A stretch of 27,024 bases of DNA from Elusimicrobiota bacterium. Lineage in GTDB: Bacteria; Elusimicrobiota; Elusimicrobia; Elusimicrobiales; UBA9959. The stretch is from contig JBAXKK010000029.1 in the NCBI GenBank assembly GCA_037137395.1, positions 1 through 27,024 on the forward strand, written 5' to 3'. Positions 1 through 7,356 of the stretch are shown here, one piece after another. The position numbers and the translations under genes are program-made. The notes under the pieces are model-generated. The model was not told the origin of the DNA. It saw only the letters and a list, made by a program, of their open reading frames with translations, and did not search any database. The number at the start of each line of letters is the position of its first letter. Positions within the stretch are counted from its first letter, which is position 1.

Positions 1-95
1 CAGCAGAAGTGTATAATAGACTAATCAGCTGTTCGGATTGAGAAGCGAACGCGGGCCGCCGCGCCCCTGGTATAAGAAACCGCCCTGCACCTTTT

Positions 96-104
96 TGTTA
101 TAAT
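96..104 (+). promoter_or_regulatory. Putative extended -10 promoter (TGnTATAAT) for the GNAT gene
   Basis: TGTTATAAT, 18 nt upstream of the ATG at 123. Confidence 0.5.
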
Positions 105-122
105 AAATCCGAGTCTACATAA

Positions 123-590
123 ATGACATTTAATACCGACGATATAAAAATACGCAGGGTTACATCGGAAGACGCCGGCTGGAAACGCCAGTTCAACGCC
201 TTATACGCTGACTGCCCTAACCCCAAGCACGGCCCGAAACCGGAACACGCCTATTTCGCAGCCTATAACGGCAAAACCATCGTGGGCCACTCAGAAATAT
301 ACCGCGAAGACGATAAATGGATAATGGACAGCCTGCGCGTGAAGACCGAATTCCGCGAGCAGGGCATAGCCAAAGCCCTCACCAATATCCGTATCGCCTA
401 CGCGATCAGCAACGGCGCCAAAGAGGTCTGGTACAGCTGCCACGACGACAATCTTATGACCACCTGCTGCCATGTGCGCTTAGGGTTCAAAAAAATCTGC
501 CCGCCCCATCACAACTGCACTCCGGCCACCACCCACTGGTACAGGTTAAAGGTCACAAAAACGCTGATCGCAAAGTTGAACAAGAGCTGA
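123..590 (+). CDS. GNAT family N-acetyltransferase
   Basis: Acetyl-CoA-binding motif A (LRVKTEFREQGIAKAL), C-terminal RLGFK motif, 155 aa. Confidence 0.85.
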   Translation: MTFNTDDIKIRRVTSEDAGWKRQFNALYADCPNPKHGPKPEHAYFAAYNGKTIVGHSEIYREDDKWIMDSLRVKTEFREQGIAKALTNIRIAYAISNGAKEVWYSCHDDNLMTTCCHVRLGFKKICPPHHNCTPATTHWYRLKVTKTLIAKLNKS

Positions 591-603
591 TAGGCCCTGT
601 AGT

Positions 604-1029
604 ATGCGAAAATCACCCATAACCGTACTGGTAAAGACGCCCTGGTGGATAAATCTGCTGATAGGCCTGGGGATGTTATCCTTTGGCTCAATTCTTAAGA
701 TGGACGACATACCCGGAGCGTCCGCGGGGAAATTCGCTTTCGGGCAATCCGTACAATTCTTCTCAATATTTTTCATTGGCCTTGCCGCCGCCTCATTTCT
801 TCTGGCTTTCTACCGGCAATTTTTCGGCAAATGGATGCAACTGGCGGAAACGGCGCCCGCGCCGATGCAGGATGCCCCGCCTCCGCCGCCCCCGCCTCCT
901 CCCAAAAAGAGGAAATACACCGACCGCGACTTTATGCCGCCGGTACTGCAGGCCGAATTTGACGCCAAAGAGGCCGGGCGCGGGCAACTCCCCGAACCTC
1001 CGCCAGCACCGACCATACCCAATGAATAG
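604..1029 (+). CDS. Hypothetical membrane protein with two TM helices and a Pro-rich cytoplasmic tail
   Basis: Hydrophobic segments WWINLLIGLGMLSFG and FFSIFFIGLAAASFLLAFY, then a poly-Pro tract; starts 13 nt after the GNAT stop. Confidence 0.6.
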   Translation: MRKSPITVLVKTPWWINLLIGLGMLSFGSILKMDDIPGASAGKFAFGQSVQFFSIFFIGLAAASFLLAFYRQFFGKWMQLAETAPAPMQDAPPPPPPPPPKKRKYTDRDFMPPVLQAEFDAKEAGRGQLPEPPPAPTIPNE

Positions 1030-1056
1030 TGAATTTAGAGCAACGACATACCTATA

Positions 1057-1196
1057 GTTCGCTGGGCCTGCCAGGGGCCTGGATTCCAAAAACCAGGGTC
1101 GGGACACACCGTGCCCGCCCTTCCGTTCCTCGGCCTCGCCGCTTACGCAAGTCTCGGCCTCCGGACGGTTTTTTCCACCAAGCCCCCGGCAGCCCC
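1057..1196. repeat. Structured intergenic element, copy A (MITE/REP-like or ncRNA family)
   Basis: Nested stems. Aligns to the reverse complement of 7121-7284 (GTTCG..GGG.CCTG.CAGGGGCC.GGA..AACCAG-hairpin-TTCCG..TCGCCGC..TACGCAAG..ACGGTT) with compensatory changes. Confidence 0.7.
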
Positions 1197-1244
1197 ACTC
1201 CAATGGTCATCTTTATAAAACCAATGCCAAACCCGGAAGGGGAT

Positions 1245-1286
1245 AATGATTAGTGGCGGGTGATTAGTGATTAGTGGCTGGTGATT
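1245..1286. repeat. Heptamer tandem repeat (AGTGATT-like), about 6 units
   Basis: AATGATT AGTGGCG GGTGATT AGTGATT AGTGGCT GGTGATT; overlaps the last codons of the DUF1667 gene. Confidence 0.7.
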
Positions 1287-1644
1287 TCTTGCCGAGATCG
1301 CGGGTGGCTGTCAGGTCGGCTCCCAAACCCAGAAAATTTTCTGCTATAACGGAACCTGTCTTCACCGGGGAGGTGAGGGTGATCCGTTTCACGGCGTCCA
1401 TCGCCGCGAGCAGTTTTTCCTTAGGAATGGGCTTATTGGTTCGCACCGGAAGCATCTTGAGTTCAAGACCCCTGGTCAGCACGGCCGTGGTCAGCGTGCG
1501 CATTGGGGCTTCCACTTCCTGCGTGGCGTACTTCTCGCCGCGGGGGCATTTGTGACCGGAGACGGAAATGACCCGGAGGCCGTCGGCGTCCACCGTCATG
1601 CGGCACCCCTGCGGGCATTCAATACAGGTCATCAGGCGTTTCAT
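1264..1644 (-). CDS. DUF1667 domain protein (CxxCPxGC..C Fe-S/metal-binding subunit)
   Basis: TCIECPQGC...GHKCPRG..YA..E...P.RTLTT..V..LPVRT..PIPK pattern; usual third gene of this oxidoreductase cluster. Confidence 0.88.
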   Translation of the reverse strand: MKRLMTCIECPQGCRMTVDADGLRVISVSGHKCPRGEKYATQEVEAPMRTLTTAVLTRGLELKMLPVRTNKPIPKEKLLAAMDAVKRITLTSPVKTGSVIAENFLGLGADLTATRDLGKKSPATNH

Positions 1645-1660
1645 AATATTTCAGATGGAT

Positions 1661-1751
1661 GGACGTAAAGCAGTCTGGATGTAAAGCAACTCAGATGGCT
1701 TCGAGATTGCTAGACGGCTTTACGTCCAAATTGCCAGATTGCTTTGCATCT
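1661..1751. repeat. 16-bp direct and inverted repeats forming an intergenic hairpin
   Basis: GGACGTAAAGCAGTCT (1661-1676) and GGATGTAAAGCAACTC (1677-1692), with inverted copies AGACGGCTTTACGTCC (1712-1727) and AGATTGCTTTGCATCT (1736-1751). Confidence 0.7.
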
Positions 1752-2730
1752 AAAGCGCTTTGCCTCCTAAATACTCAGCCGCCATCTTACCCGCTTTCTC
1801 GCTGTCACGGCTGACCCAGTCCACCAGATCGTAAACTTTGGCCGCGTTGCCGCAGGCGAAGATCCCGGGTATGGACGTCAGATTCACTTCGGGGCCGACC
1901 GGGGTATTGGTGGCGCGGTCTATTTCGGCACCGGCCATTTCAAGAAGTTCGTTCTCAGGTATAAGACCGACGGAGATCAGCACGGTGTCGCACGAGAGTT
2001 CAAAACCCGTGCCCGGCTTTTCATTGAAGTTTTCATCAACTTCCACCACGCCGACTTTTTCCACTCTGTTCGCGCCGTAGATCTTGGTTATTTTGTGGCT
2101 CAGGTAGAGGGGGATGCCGTAATCTTCAAGGCACTGGACAACATTGCGCACAAGGCCGCGGCTGGTTTTCTGTATCTCTATGACCGCTTTAACCTTCATC
2201 CCTTCCAGAACCATGCGCCTGGCCATGATGAGCCCTATGTCTCCGGAGCCGACTATGACGGCTTCCTTTCCGGGGATCCAGCCTTCCATGTTTATCATTT
2301 TCTGCGCGAGACCGGCGGGATAGATGCCGGCGGGGCGGGAGCCGGGAATGGGGATCATCTCGCGGGTGCGCTCGCGGCAGCCGGTCGCGAGGATAATAGC
2401 GCCGGCCTCTATCTCTTCCAGCGCTCCGGGCTTCAGATAAGAGATCTGTTTATCTCCGGTCAGTTTAACAACGAACGAGCGCAGGCTGACCTCAATTTCT
2501 GGAGAATCTTTGACCATTTTTATAAAGCGGTCGGCGTATTCCGGGCCCGTGAGCTCAGCCTTGAACCGGTGCAGGCCGAAGCCTGGATGAATGCACTGGT
2601 TAAGGATGCCGCCCAGATGCTGGTCGCGCTCTAGGAGAAGTATGTCCCGCACGCCGCTCTCTTTGGCGGCCAAAGCGGCGGCCATGCCTGCCGGCCCTCC
2701 GCCCACGATAACAAGTTCCCGTTTCTTCAT
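1750..2730 (-). CDS. FAD-dependent pyridine nucleotide-disulfide oxidoreductase (partner of the GlpA-like subunit)
   Basis: GGGPAGMAAA, GGILNQCIHPGFGL, ILATGCRER, GSGDIGLIMARR and GIFACGN motifs. Start placed at MKKRELV (2730) because the longer ORF start lies in the heptamer repeat. Confidence 0.9.
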   Translation of the reverse strand: MKKRELVIVGGGPAGMAAALAAKESGVRDILLLERDQHLGGILNQCIHPGFGLHRFKAELTGPEYADRFIKMVKDSPEIEVSLRSFVVKLTGDKQISYLKPGALEEIEAGAIILATGCRERTREMIPIPGSRPAGIYPAGLAQKMINMEGWIPGKEAVIVGSGDIGLIMARRMVLEGMKVKAVIEIQKTSRGLVRNVVQCLEDYGIPLYLSHKITKIYGANRVEKVGVVEVDENFNEKPGTGFELSCDTVLISVGLIPENELLEMAGAEIDRATNTPVGPEVNLTSIPGIFACGNAAKVYDLVDWVSRDSEKAGKMAAEYLGGKAL

Positions 2731-2753
2731 ATGCTTTGTCTGCGTAAAAACTC

Positions 2754-2816
2754 CGCCACTATCCACTCCCCACTGTCCACTATTCACTAATCACTACTCA
2801 CTAACCACTATTCACT
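2754..2816. repeat. Heptamer tandem repeat (NNNCACT) x9
   Basis: CGCCACT ATCCACT CCCCACT GTCCACT ATTCACT AATCACT ACTCACT AACCACT ATTCACT. Confidence 0.85.
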
Positions 2817-2818
2817 TA

Positions 2819-2950
2819 TTAATTGAGGTATAGGTCAAAATACACCTGCTTGCGGGTAACCGGCACGCCGGTAATCATTTTTATCGCTCGTTTATCCTTG
2901 CGGGAAGTCGAGCGCATATAAATTATCTTCTGTTTATTGACGTTTGCCAT
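2819..2950 (-). CDS. Putative 43-aa basic small protein (MANVNKQKIIYMRSTSRKDKRAIKMITGVPVTRKQVYFDLYLN)
   Basis: ATG lies 1 nt after the upstream TGA with an SD-like AAAGGAAG; not in the ORF track; no recognised homology. Confidence 0.3.
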   Translation of the reverse strand: MANVNKQKIIYMRSTSRKDKRAIKMITGVPVTRKQVYFDLYLN

Positions 2951-2951
2951 A

Positions 2952-4397
2952 TCACTTCCTTTCATCCATAATGAGTTCGCTGCCGGGGCCGCGCTTGGTT
3001 ATCTCTTCCACCGGAATGCCGAGTTCTTCCTGCATGATCTTAAGGATGCGGGTTGTGCAGAAGCCGCCGTGACAGCGTCCGGCCTGCGCCCGGGTGCGAA
3101 ACTTGACCCCGTCCAAAGTCCTGGCGCCGCGCTTTATGGCGTCCCGTATTTCCTGGGCCGAAACCATCTCACAGCGGCAGACGATGTCTCCATAAGCGGG
3201 TTCTTTTTTTATCAGTTCCCTGGTCTTTGAAAGCGGTATCTGCAAAAGGTGGACCGGCTTTTCTCGGTTGCTGTGAAAATCCTTGCGGGGGATGAGCTCA
3301 AGGCCGTTATCCGCCAGAATATCCCGCGCGTGATTTGCTATGGCCGGCGCGGCCGTCAGGCCCGGCGACTGTATCCCGGCGACATTGACAAGGCCCGGGA
3401 CTTTGTCCTCATGGCGTATGATAAAATCGTGCCCGCAAACCGGCCGCAAGCCGGAGAAGTAAGCGATGATGTCGCTTTTAGAGATAGTGGGCATCATGCG
3501 ACGGGCGCCGGCAAGCACCTCGGCCAGGCCCTCGTCAGTGGTGGACAGGTCGCCTTTATCTTCCGTGGCGTGAGCCGTAGGGCCTATCATCGGATTGCCG
3601 TCCGAAGTCCTGATTATCAGGATTCCCTTGGAATCCGGCGTGGGCAGGGGGAAAATAATATGGTTGGCGATATGTTCCCGCTTCTTATCCAGAAGATATT
3701 CCTCGCCTTTGCGGGGGGTGATCTTAAAATCAGCCGCGCCGGCCATCGCAGAGATCTCATCAGCGAAAAGTCCGGCGGCGTTCACCAGAAACCGGGTCCT
3801 GAATATCTGTTGCGCGGCCGTCACCTCAAAACCGGTCTCGCCGCCCTTCAGGCGCTTTATCGCAGTGACTTTGTGAGAAGTTTTAAGTTCAACTCCGTTT
3901 CTGACGGCGTTCTCAACCAGAGCGTAGACAAAGCGATAGGGGCTTATTATGCCGGCCGAGGGCACATGCAGGGCGGCCTGCACTTCGGGGCCCAGGCCGG
4001 GCTCGTGGGCGTTCAGCCAGAGCCGGTCCACTATACGCAGGCCTTCCACACCAAGCGTCTCGCCTTCCAACCGGATCTTTTCCAGCTCTGGCAGGTCTTT
4101 AAGGTTAAAGATAACTATTAGCTGGCCGCACTGGATAAAATTGAGGCCCAGGTCTTTAGCCATCTCGTCGCGCATCAGGCGGTTGCCTTCCACGCAGAGG
4201 CGGCCTTTGAGGGAACCGGGGGGGTTCTGGGTGCCGGCGTGGATTATGCCACTGTTTGACTTTGAGACGCCGAAAGCGGGTTCAGCCTCTTTGTCCAGGA
4301 GGAGGATCTTTAATTTAAATTTGGAAAGTTCCCGGGCGATGGCGGCGCCGGTGATCCCGGCGCCCACGATAAGCACGTCATAGTCGCTCATATTCAT
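2952..4397 (-). CDS. GlpA/LhgO-like FAD-dependent oxidoreductase with C-terminal BFD-like [2Fe-2S] domain (putative glycerol-3-phosphate dehydrogenase subunit)
   Basis: GAGITG, SKSNSGIIHAG, PRKGEEY, GIQSPGLTAAPAIA, and VCRCE..GRCHGGFC motifs. Confidence 0.9.
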   Translation of the reverse strand: MNMSDYDVLIVGAGITGAAIARELSKFKLKILLLDKEAEPAFGVSKSNSGIIHAGTQNPPGSLKGRLCVEGNRLMRDEMAKDLGLNFIQCGQLIVIFNLKDLPELEKIRLEGETLGVEGLRIVDRLWLNAHEPGLGPEVQAALHVPSAGIISPYRFVYALVENAVRNGVELKTSHKVTAIKRLKGGETGFEVTAAQQIFRTRFLVNAAGLFADEISAMAGAADFKITPRKGEEYLLDKKREHIANHIIFPLPTPDSKGILIIRTSDGNPMIGPTAHATEDKGDLSTTDEGLAEVLAGARRMMPTISKSDIIAYFSGLRPVCGHDFIIRHEDKVPGLVNVAGIQSPGLTAAPAIANHARDILADNGLELIPRKDFHSNREKPVHLLQIPLSKTRELIKKEPAYGDIVCRCEMVSAQEIRDAIKRGARTLDGVKFRTRAQAGRCHGGFCTTRILKIMQEELGIPVEEITKRGPGSELIMDERK

Positions 4398-4491
4398 ATA
4401 TTACAATTTTAGCGGCCCGATGCGCATCCAGCGCGGATCCTGACCCTTACACTGACAAGCCTGTGTCATTGATGAAAAGGTTTCATTAGTT

Positions 4492-4587
4492 GGGGTCCTG
4501 TCAGCCATGGGGCCCATCGGCCTGCGGCCAGCCCGGCGACTACGCGCCGGTTCTTCCTCGGCCGATCCAACCCATGGCTGCCACCCC
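4492..4587. repeat. Structured intergenic element, short copy C
   Basis: GGGGTCCTGTCAGCCATGGG...CCCATGGCTGCCACCCC outer stem, ATCGGCC/GGCCGAT stem, and a CCAG-hairpin-CTTCC core shared with copies A and B. Confidence 0.55.
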
Positions 4588-4736
4588 GGTAATACTACGC
4601 GGCCATCCTTCCAATACGAGCGCCCTGCCGTATAAAAAATATCGTATTAAACCGACGATCAAAACCCGGAATTATTCCGCCCTAGTTTTTATCTTAGCGG
4701 AGAATTTGGGGCGCGGGATATTGTAGAATATGGACT

Positions 4737-4961
4737 ATGTACGGAAGCCGATCCATGAAGAGACTTTACAGAAGCAGAGAAAACCGGGTGATATTCGGCG
4801 TAATCGGCGGTTTGGGCGAGTATTACAATGTTGACCCCGTGCTGCTCAGGCTGGCTTATATATTTTTAGCGGTCTTCACGGCCATCGTACCGGGTGTAAT
4901 CGCCTATATAATCGCTATTTTTATCATACCGGAAAAGCCCGGCAGCCGGCCCGACCTTTAA
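4737..4961 (+). CDS. pspC: PspC domain protein
   Basis: KRLYRSRENRVIFGVIGGLGEYYNVDPVLLRL...YIIAIFIIP is the classic PspC signature; start is 4737 or 4755. Confidence 0.92.
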   Translation: MYGSRSMKRLYRSRENRVIFGVIGGLGEYYNVDPVLLRLAYIFLAVFTAIVPGVIAYIIAIFIIPEKPGSRPDL

Positions 4962-4969
4962 GGACGATT

Positions 4970-6301
4970 ATGGATATTAAAGGAATCTCAATTTTATTTT
5001 CGCTAATATTCCCGGGCGCTTACGCGGGCTGTTTATTTGCCGCCGATCTGCCTGTTTCCTCCGACGCGGATTTCGCAGCCCAACTTTCCGGCGCGCGGCA
5101 AGAGGTTTACGAGCCGGTTGTGCCTCCCGGCAGACCGATAACCGGCCAATACCCTGATCTTCCGCCTACGCGCAAGGTTGAGGGGATAGGAATCTCACAC
5201 TCAGGCTCCCCTTTTGATATTCCGCATTTTTCTCTTCCGCAGATAGCCAGACTTATAAAGGAGTCCGGGGGCACACATTACAGGCCCCATCTTCCTCTGA
5301 ACGAGCCGCTGCCTATTATCTCAAAGGCGGACATGGCGCGCCTCAGGCAGGCGGAGGGTGATCCAGCGCTTTTGGATTCCATGACAGAAGAGCTTTCCCA
5401 AAATGGTCGCTGGGCAGGGATGGACGCCCTGGTAAACGCTTTCACGGAGGAAGGCATAACACTTCTTTTGGTAACCGGCTGCGGCTACCGGAAAGAAGCT
5501 CCGCTGGCCGTAATGGAAGACGGAACCGTCATTCAGGTTTCTCCAGACAGGCTTGGACGGGATCTGTATGTGACTCTCATTAAATGGCTGGTCGGGGCCG
5601 GCGTGCGCAGATACGCCGACAGGGTTTTTGTCTGGCAGGTTGAAAACGAGATAAACGCGGCAAAGAACCACGCGCGCACCAACTGGCGGATCAGCGAATC
5701 TTCATGGGGAGATAAAGCGTTTCAGCGCCGCCTGCTGCGCGAACTCTCCGACGTGGTCCATAATGAGGGGACAAAGCGCGGCGTTGTTTTAAGGACCACA
5801 CAGAATTATTCCACGATGATGGTGGAATGGAAAAGCTATATCAAAACGGCCGGCGAAGACGGCATAGACATTGTAGGCGTGGATCTTTACGGGAACTATT
5901 TATTCGGTATACCGCTAAGGGACGCCGGAATGGCTGATGTCGTAGCCGAAGCCAAACAGCTCGCCGGAGAACGGCCGGTATGGGTGATAGAGGCCGGATA
6001 TGCCAGGGCGCCGCTCGTGCGCGGTTTTTCACCGGATTCGCAGGCCGAATATTTCAAGCGTCTGTTTGACCGCTGTTTCAGATCAGGGGCGGATGTCGTA
6101 CTCGCTTTCGGCTGGTTCTGGAATCCCAAAGGCTGGTTCATGGACGGCGACACCCAGCCGCAATGGTGGTCTCCTATGGCGGCTGAGCCTTACTGGAGCC
6201 CCATCGAGATAGGCTCCGGAGAAAATGGAAAGGGGGATGAAATTTTCCACCCCGCCTGGTCGGAATTACAAAAAGCCGCCGCGAAATGGCTTCCGCGCTG
6301 A
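4970..6301 (+). CDS. Secreted putative glycoside hydrolase (clan GH-A-like TIM barrel)
   Basis: Signal-peptide-like N-terminus; WQVENEIN (acid/base NE), DIVGVDLY, PVWVIEAGY (nucleophile) and QAEYF motifs. Confidence 0.65.
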   Translation: MDIKGISILFSLIFPGAYAGCLFAADLPVSSDADFAAQLSGARQEVYEPVVPPGRPITGQYPDLPPTRKVEGIGISHSGSPFDIPHFSLPQIARLIKESGGTHYRPHLPLNEPLPIISKADMARLRQAEGDPALLDSMTEELSQNGRWAGMDALVNAFTEEGITLLLVTGCGYRKEAPLAVMEDGTVIQVSPDRLGRDLYVTLIKWLVGAGVRRYADRVFVWQVENEINAAKNHARTNWRISESSWGDKAFQRRLLRELSDVVHNEGTKRGVVLRTTQNYSTMMVEWKSYIKTAGEDGIDIVGVDLYGNYLFGIPLRDAGMADVVAEAKQLAGERPVWVIEAGYARAPLVRGFSPDSQAEYFKRLFDRCFRSGADVVLAFGWFWNPKGWFMDGDTQPQWWSPMAAEPYWSPIEIGSGENGKGDEIFHPAWSELQKAAAKWLPR

Positions 6302-6327
6302 CCCGCAAGCTCCGCTATCCTTTGAAA

Positions 6328-7074
6328 TTATAAGTGACTGATCAGTATCTTAACCCCGATCCCGATCAGGATCAGGCCGCCCGCTATCTCTATCTTATTC
6401 TCAAAAAAATGGCCGCCCTTCACTCCGATCTGCACGCCCGCCGCCGACAAAATAAAGGTCACCAGCCCGATAACAATAACCGGAAGAATTATTGACACGC
6501 TCAGTACGGAAAAAGTAATGCCCACCGCCAGCGCGTCGATGGAAGTGGCCAGCGCGAGAATTAACAGCACGGCGGTATCAAAAGGACATTTCTTCGCGGC
6601 CTGCCGCTCGTCTTCCTTGACCTGAAAGTTGCAGTTGCAACTTTCCGCCCGCATAGCGGGCGCCCTTAGGGAGGAATACACCTCGTCGGGCCTGGCGCGC
6701 ATAGCGCTTGGCCCTCCGCCCGCTTCGCGGGGAATCCTGCAGAATAAATCTGTTCCCTTATTGTTCCGATGAGAACCATTTTGAACTGCAGGATCCAGGT
6801 TAATCCACATGGCCTCATAGATCATCTTGCCGCCCACCAGGGTCAGCAGGCCGAAGGCCAGCCAATGATCCCAGCCGGTAATAAAACTTTTCATCCCTAT
6901 GCCCGCGAACCATCCGATCACCGGCATTAAAGTCTGAAACCCGCCGAAGAATAGCCCCATCTTGAGGGCATTGCGCAGCTCAAGCTTTTTCATGGTCGCG
7001 CCGCTGGCGATGGAAACCGCGAAGGCGTCCATGGCAAGGCCCAAAGCGATAAGGAATATTTCCAAGGTCTTCAT
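6328..7074 (-). CDS. mntP: Manganese efflux pump MntP with an in-frame insertion in the central loop
   Basis: IALGLAMDAFAVS, FQTLMPVIGW, DHWLAF, ATSIDALAVG and GGLILIGIG motifs; start at MKTLEIF (7074); 248 aa against the usual ~185-190 aa. Confidence 0.92.
   Translation of the reverse strand: MKTLEIFLIALGLAMDAFAVSIASGATMKKLELRNALKMGLFFGGFQTLMPVIGWFAGIGMKSFITGWDHWLAFGLLTLVGGKMIYEAMWINLDPAVQNGSHRNNKGTDLFCRIPREAGGGPSAMRARPDEVYSSLRAPAMRAESCNCNFQVKEDERQAAKKCPFDTAVLLILALATSIDALAVGITFSVLSVSIILPVIVIGLVTFILSAAGVQIGVKGGHFFENKIEIAGGLILIGIGVKILISHL
6617..6807. mobile_element. Palindromic MITE/REP-like element inserted in frame in mntP
   Basis: Hairpins GAAAGTTGCA-GT-TGCAACTTTC, CGCCCGC-ATA-GCGGGCG, GGGCC..GCGC-GCATA-GCGC..GGCCC and ATCCTGCAG...CTGCAGGAT; near-terminal IR TTGACCTG/CAGGTTAA. 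Confidence 0.6.
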
Positions 7075-7120
7075 GAAAATATTATATAAAATAGCGCCCG
7101 CTGCATCCGCAAAAACTGGA

Positions 7121-7284
7121 GCGGGAGGCAGGGGAACCGGATAAGCGGAACCGTACCAGAAGGAGCCGCTTGCGTAGCGCGGCGACTGGGTGGAGCCCGG
7201 CGACACTGGGGCCGATCCGGAAGCGCGCGCACGGTGTGCGCGACGCTGGTTCCGCGTTCCGGGCCCCTGACAGGACCCACGAAC
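7121..7284. repeat. Structured intergenic element, copy B (opposite orientation to A)
   Basis: Outer stem GCAGGGG..CCGGA / TCCGG..CCCCTGAC, inner stem GCGGAACC/GGTTCCGC, hairpin GCGCGCGCACGGTGTGCGCGACGC; homologous to 1057-1196. Confidence 0.7.
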
Positions 7285-7340
7285 CCTGCACTAGGAAATC
7301 ACACAGAAGTCTAAACATTATCTCTCCGCGCCCGACTTTT

Positions 7341-7349
7341 TGATATCAT
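7341..7349 (+). promoter_or_regulatory. Extended -10 (TGnTATCAT) 7 nt before the phoB ATG, likely leaderless
   Basis: TGATATCAT-ATCTGCG-ATG with no SD sequence. Confidence 0.5.
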
Positions 7350-7356
7350 ATCTGCG

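Noticed and set aside
2731..2787. N-terminal extension MNSGQWGVDSGG of the oxidoreductase
   Set aside because: It is a translation of the heptamer repeat; the Rossmann fold starts after the Met at 2730
2754..2816. CRISPR array in the short repeat regions
   Set aside because: Units are 7-16 bp and contiguous, with no unique spacers and no cas genes
3249..4121. Long antisense ORFs (also 8198-9067, 9446-10252, 12839-13543, 18697-19407, 23950-24582)
   Set aside because: They are shadow ORFs opposite well-supported genes, expected in GC-rich coding DNA
4492..4587. SRP RNA, tRNA or hammerhead ribozyme identity for the structured elements
   Set aside because: There is no SRP domain IV motif, cloverleaf/T-loop or CUGAnGA...GAAA core on either strand by eye; a formal cmscan is still needed
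7075..7206. 44-aa N-terminal extension of MntP in the ORF track
   Set aside because: It is read-through of the structured element and promoter; the family N-terminus starts at 7074
7121..7284. yybP-ykoY Mn riboswitch upstream of mntP
   Set aside because: I see none of its conserved motifs, the element lies upstream of the likely mntP -10, and homologous copies occur next to unrelated genes
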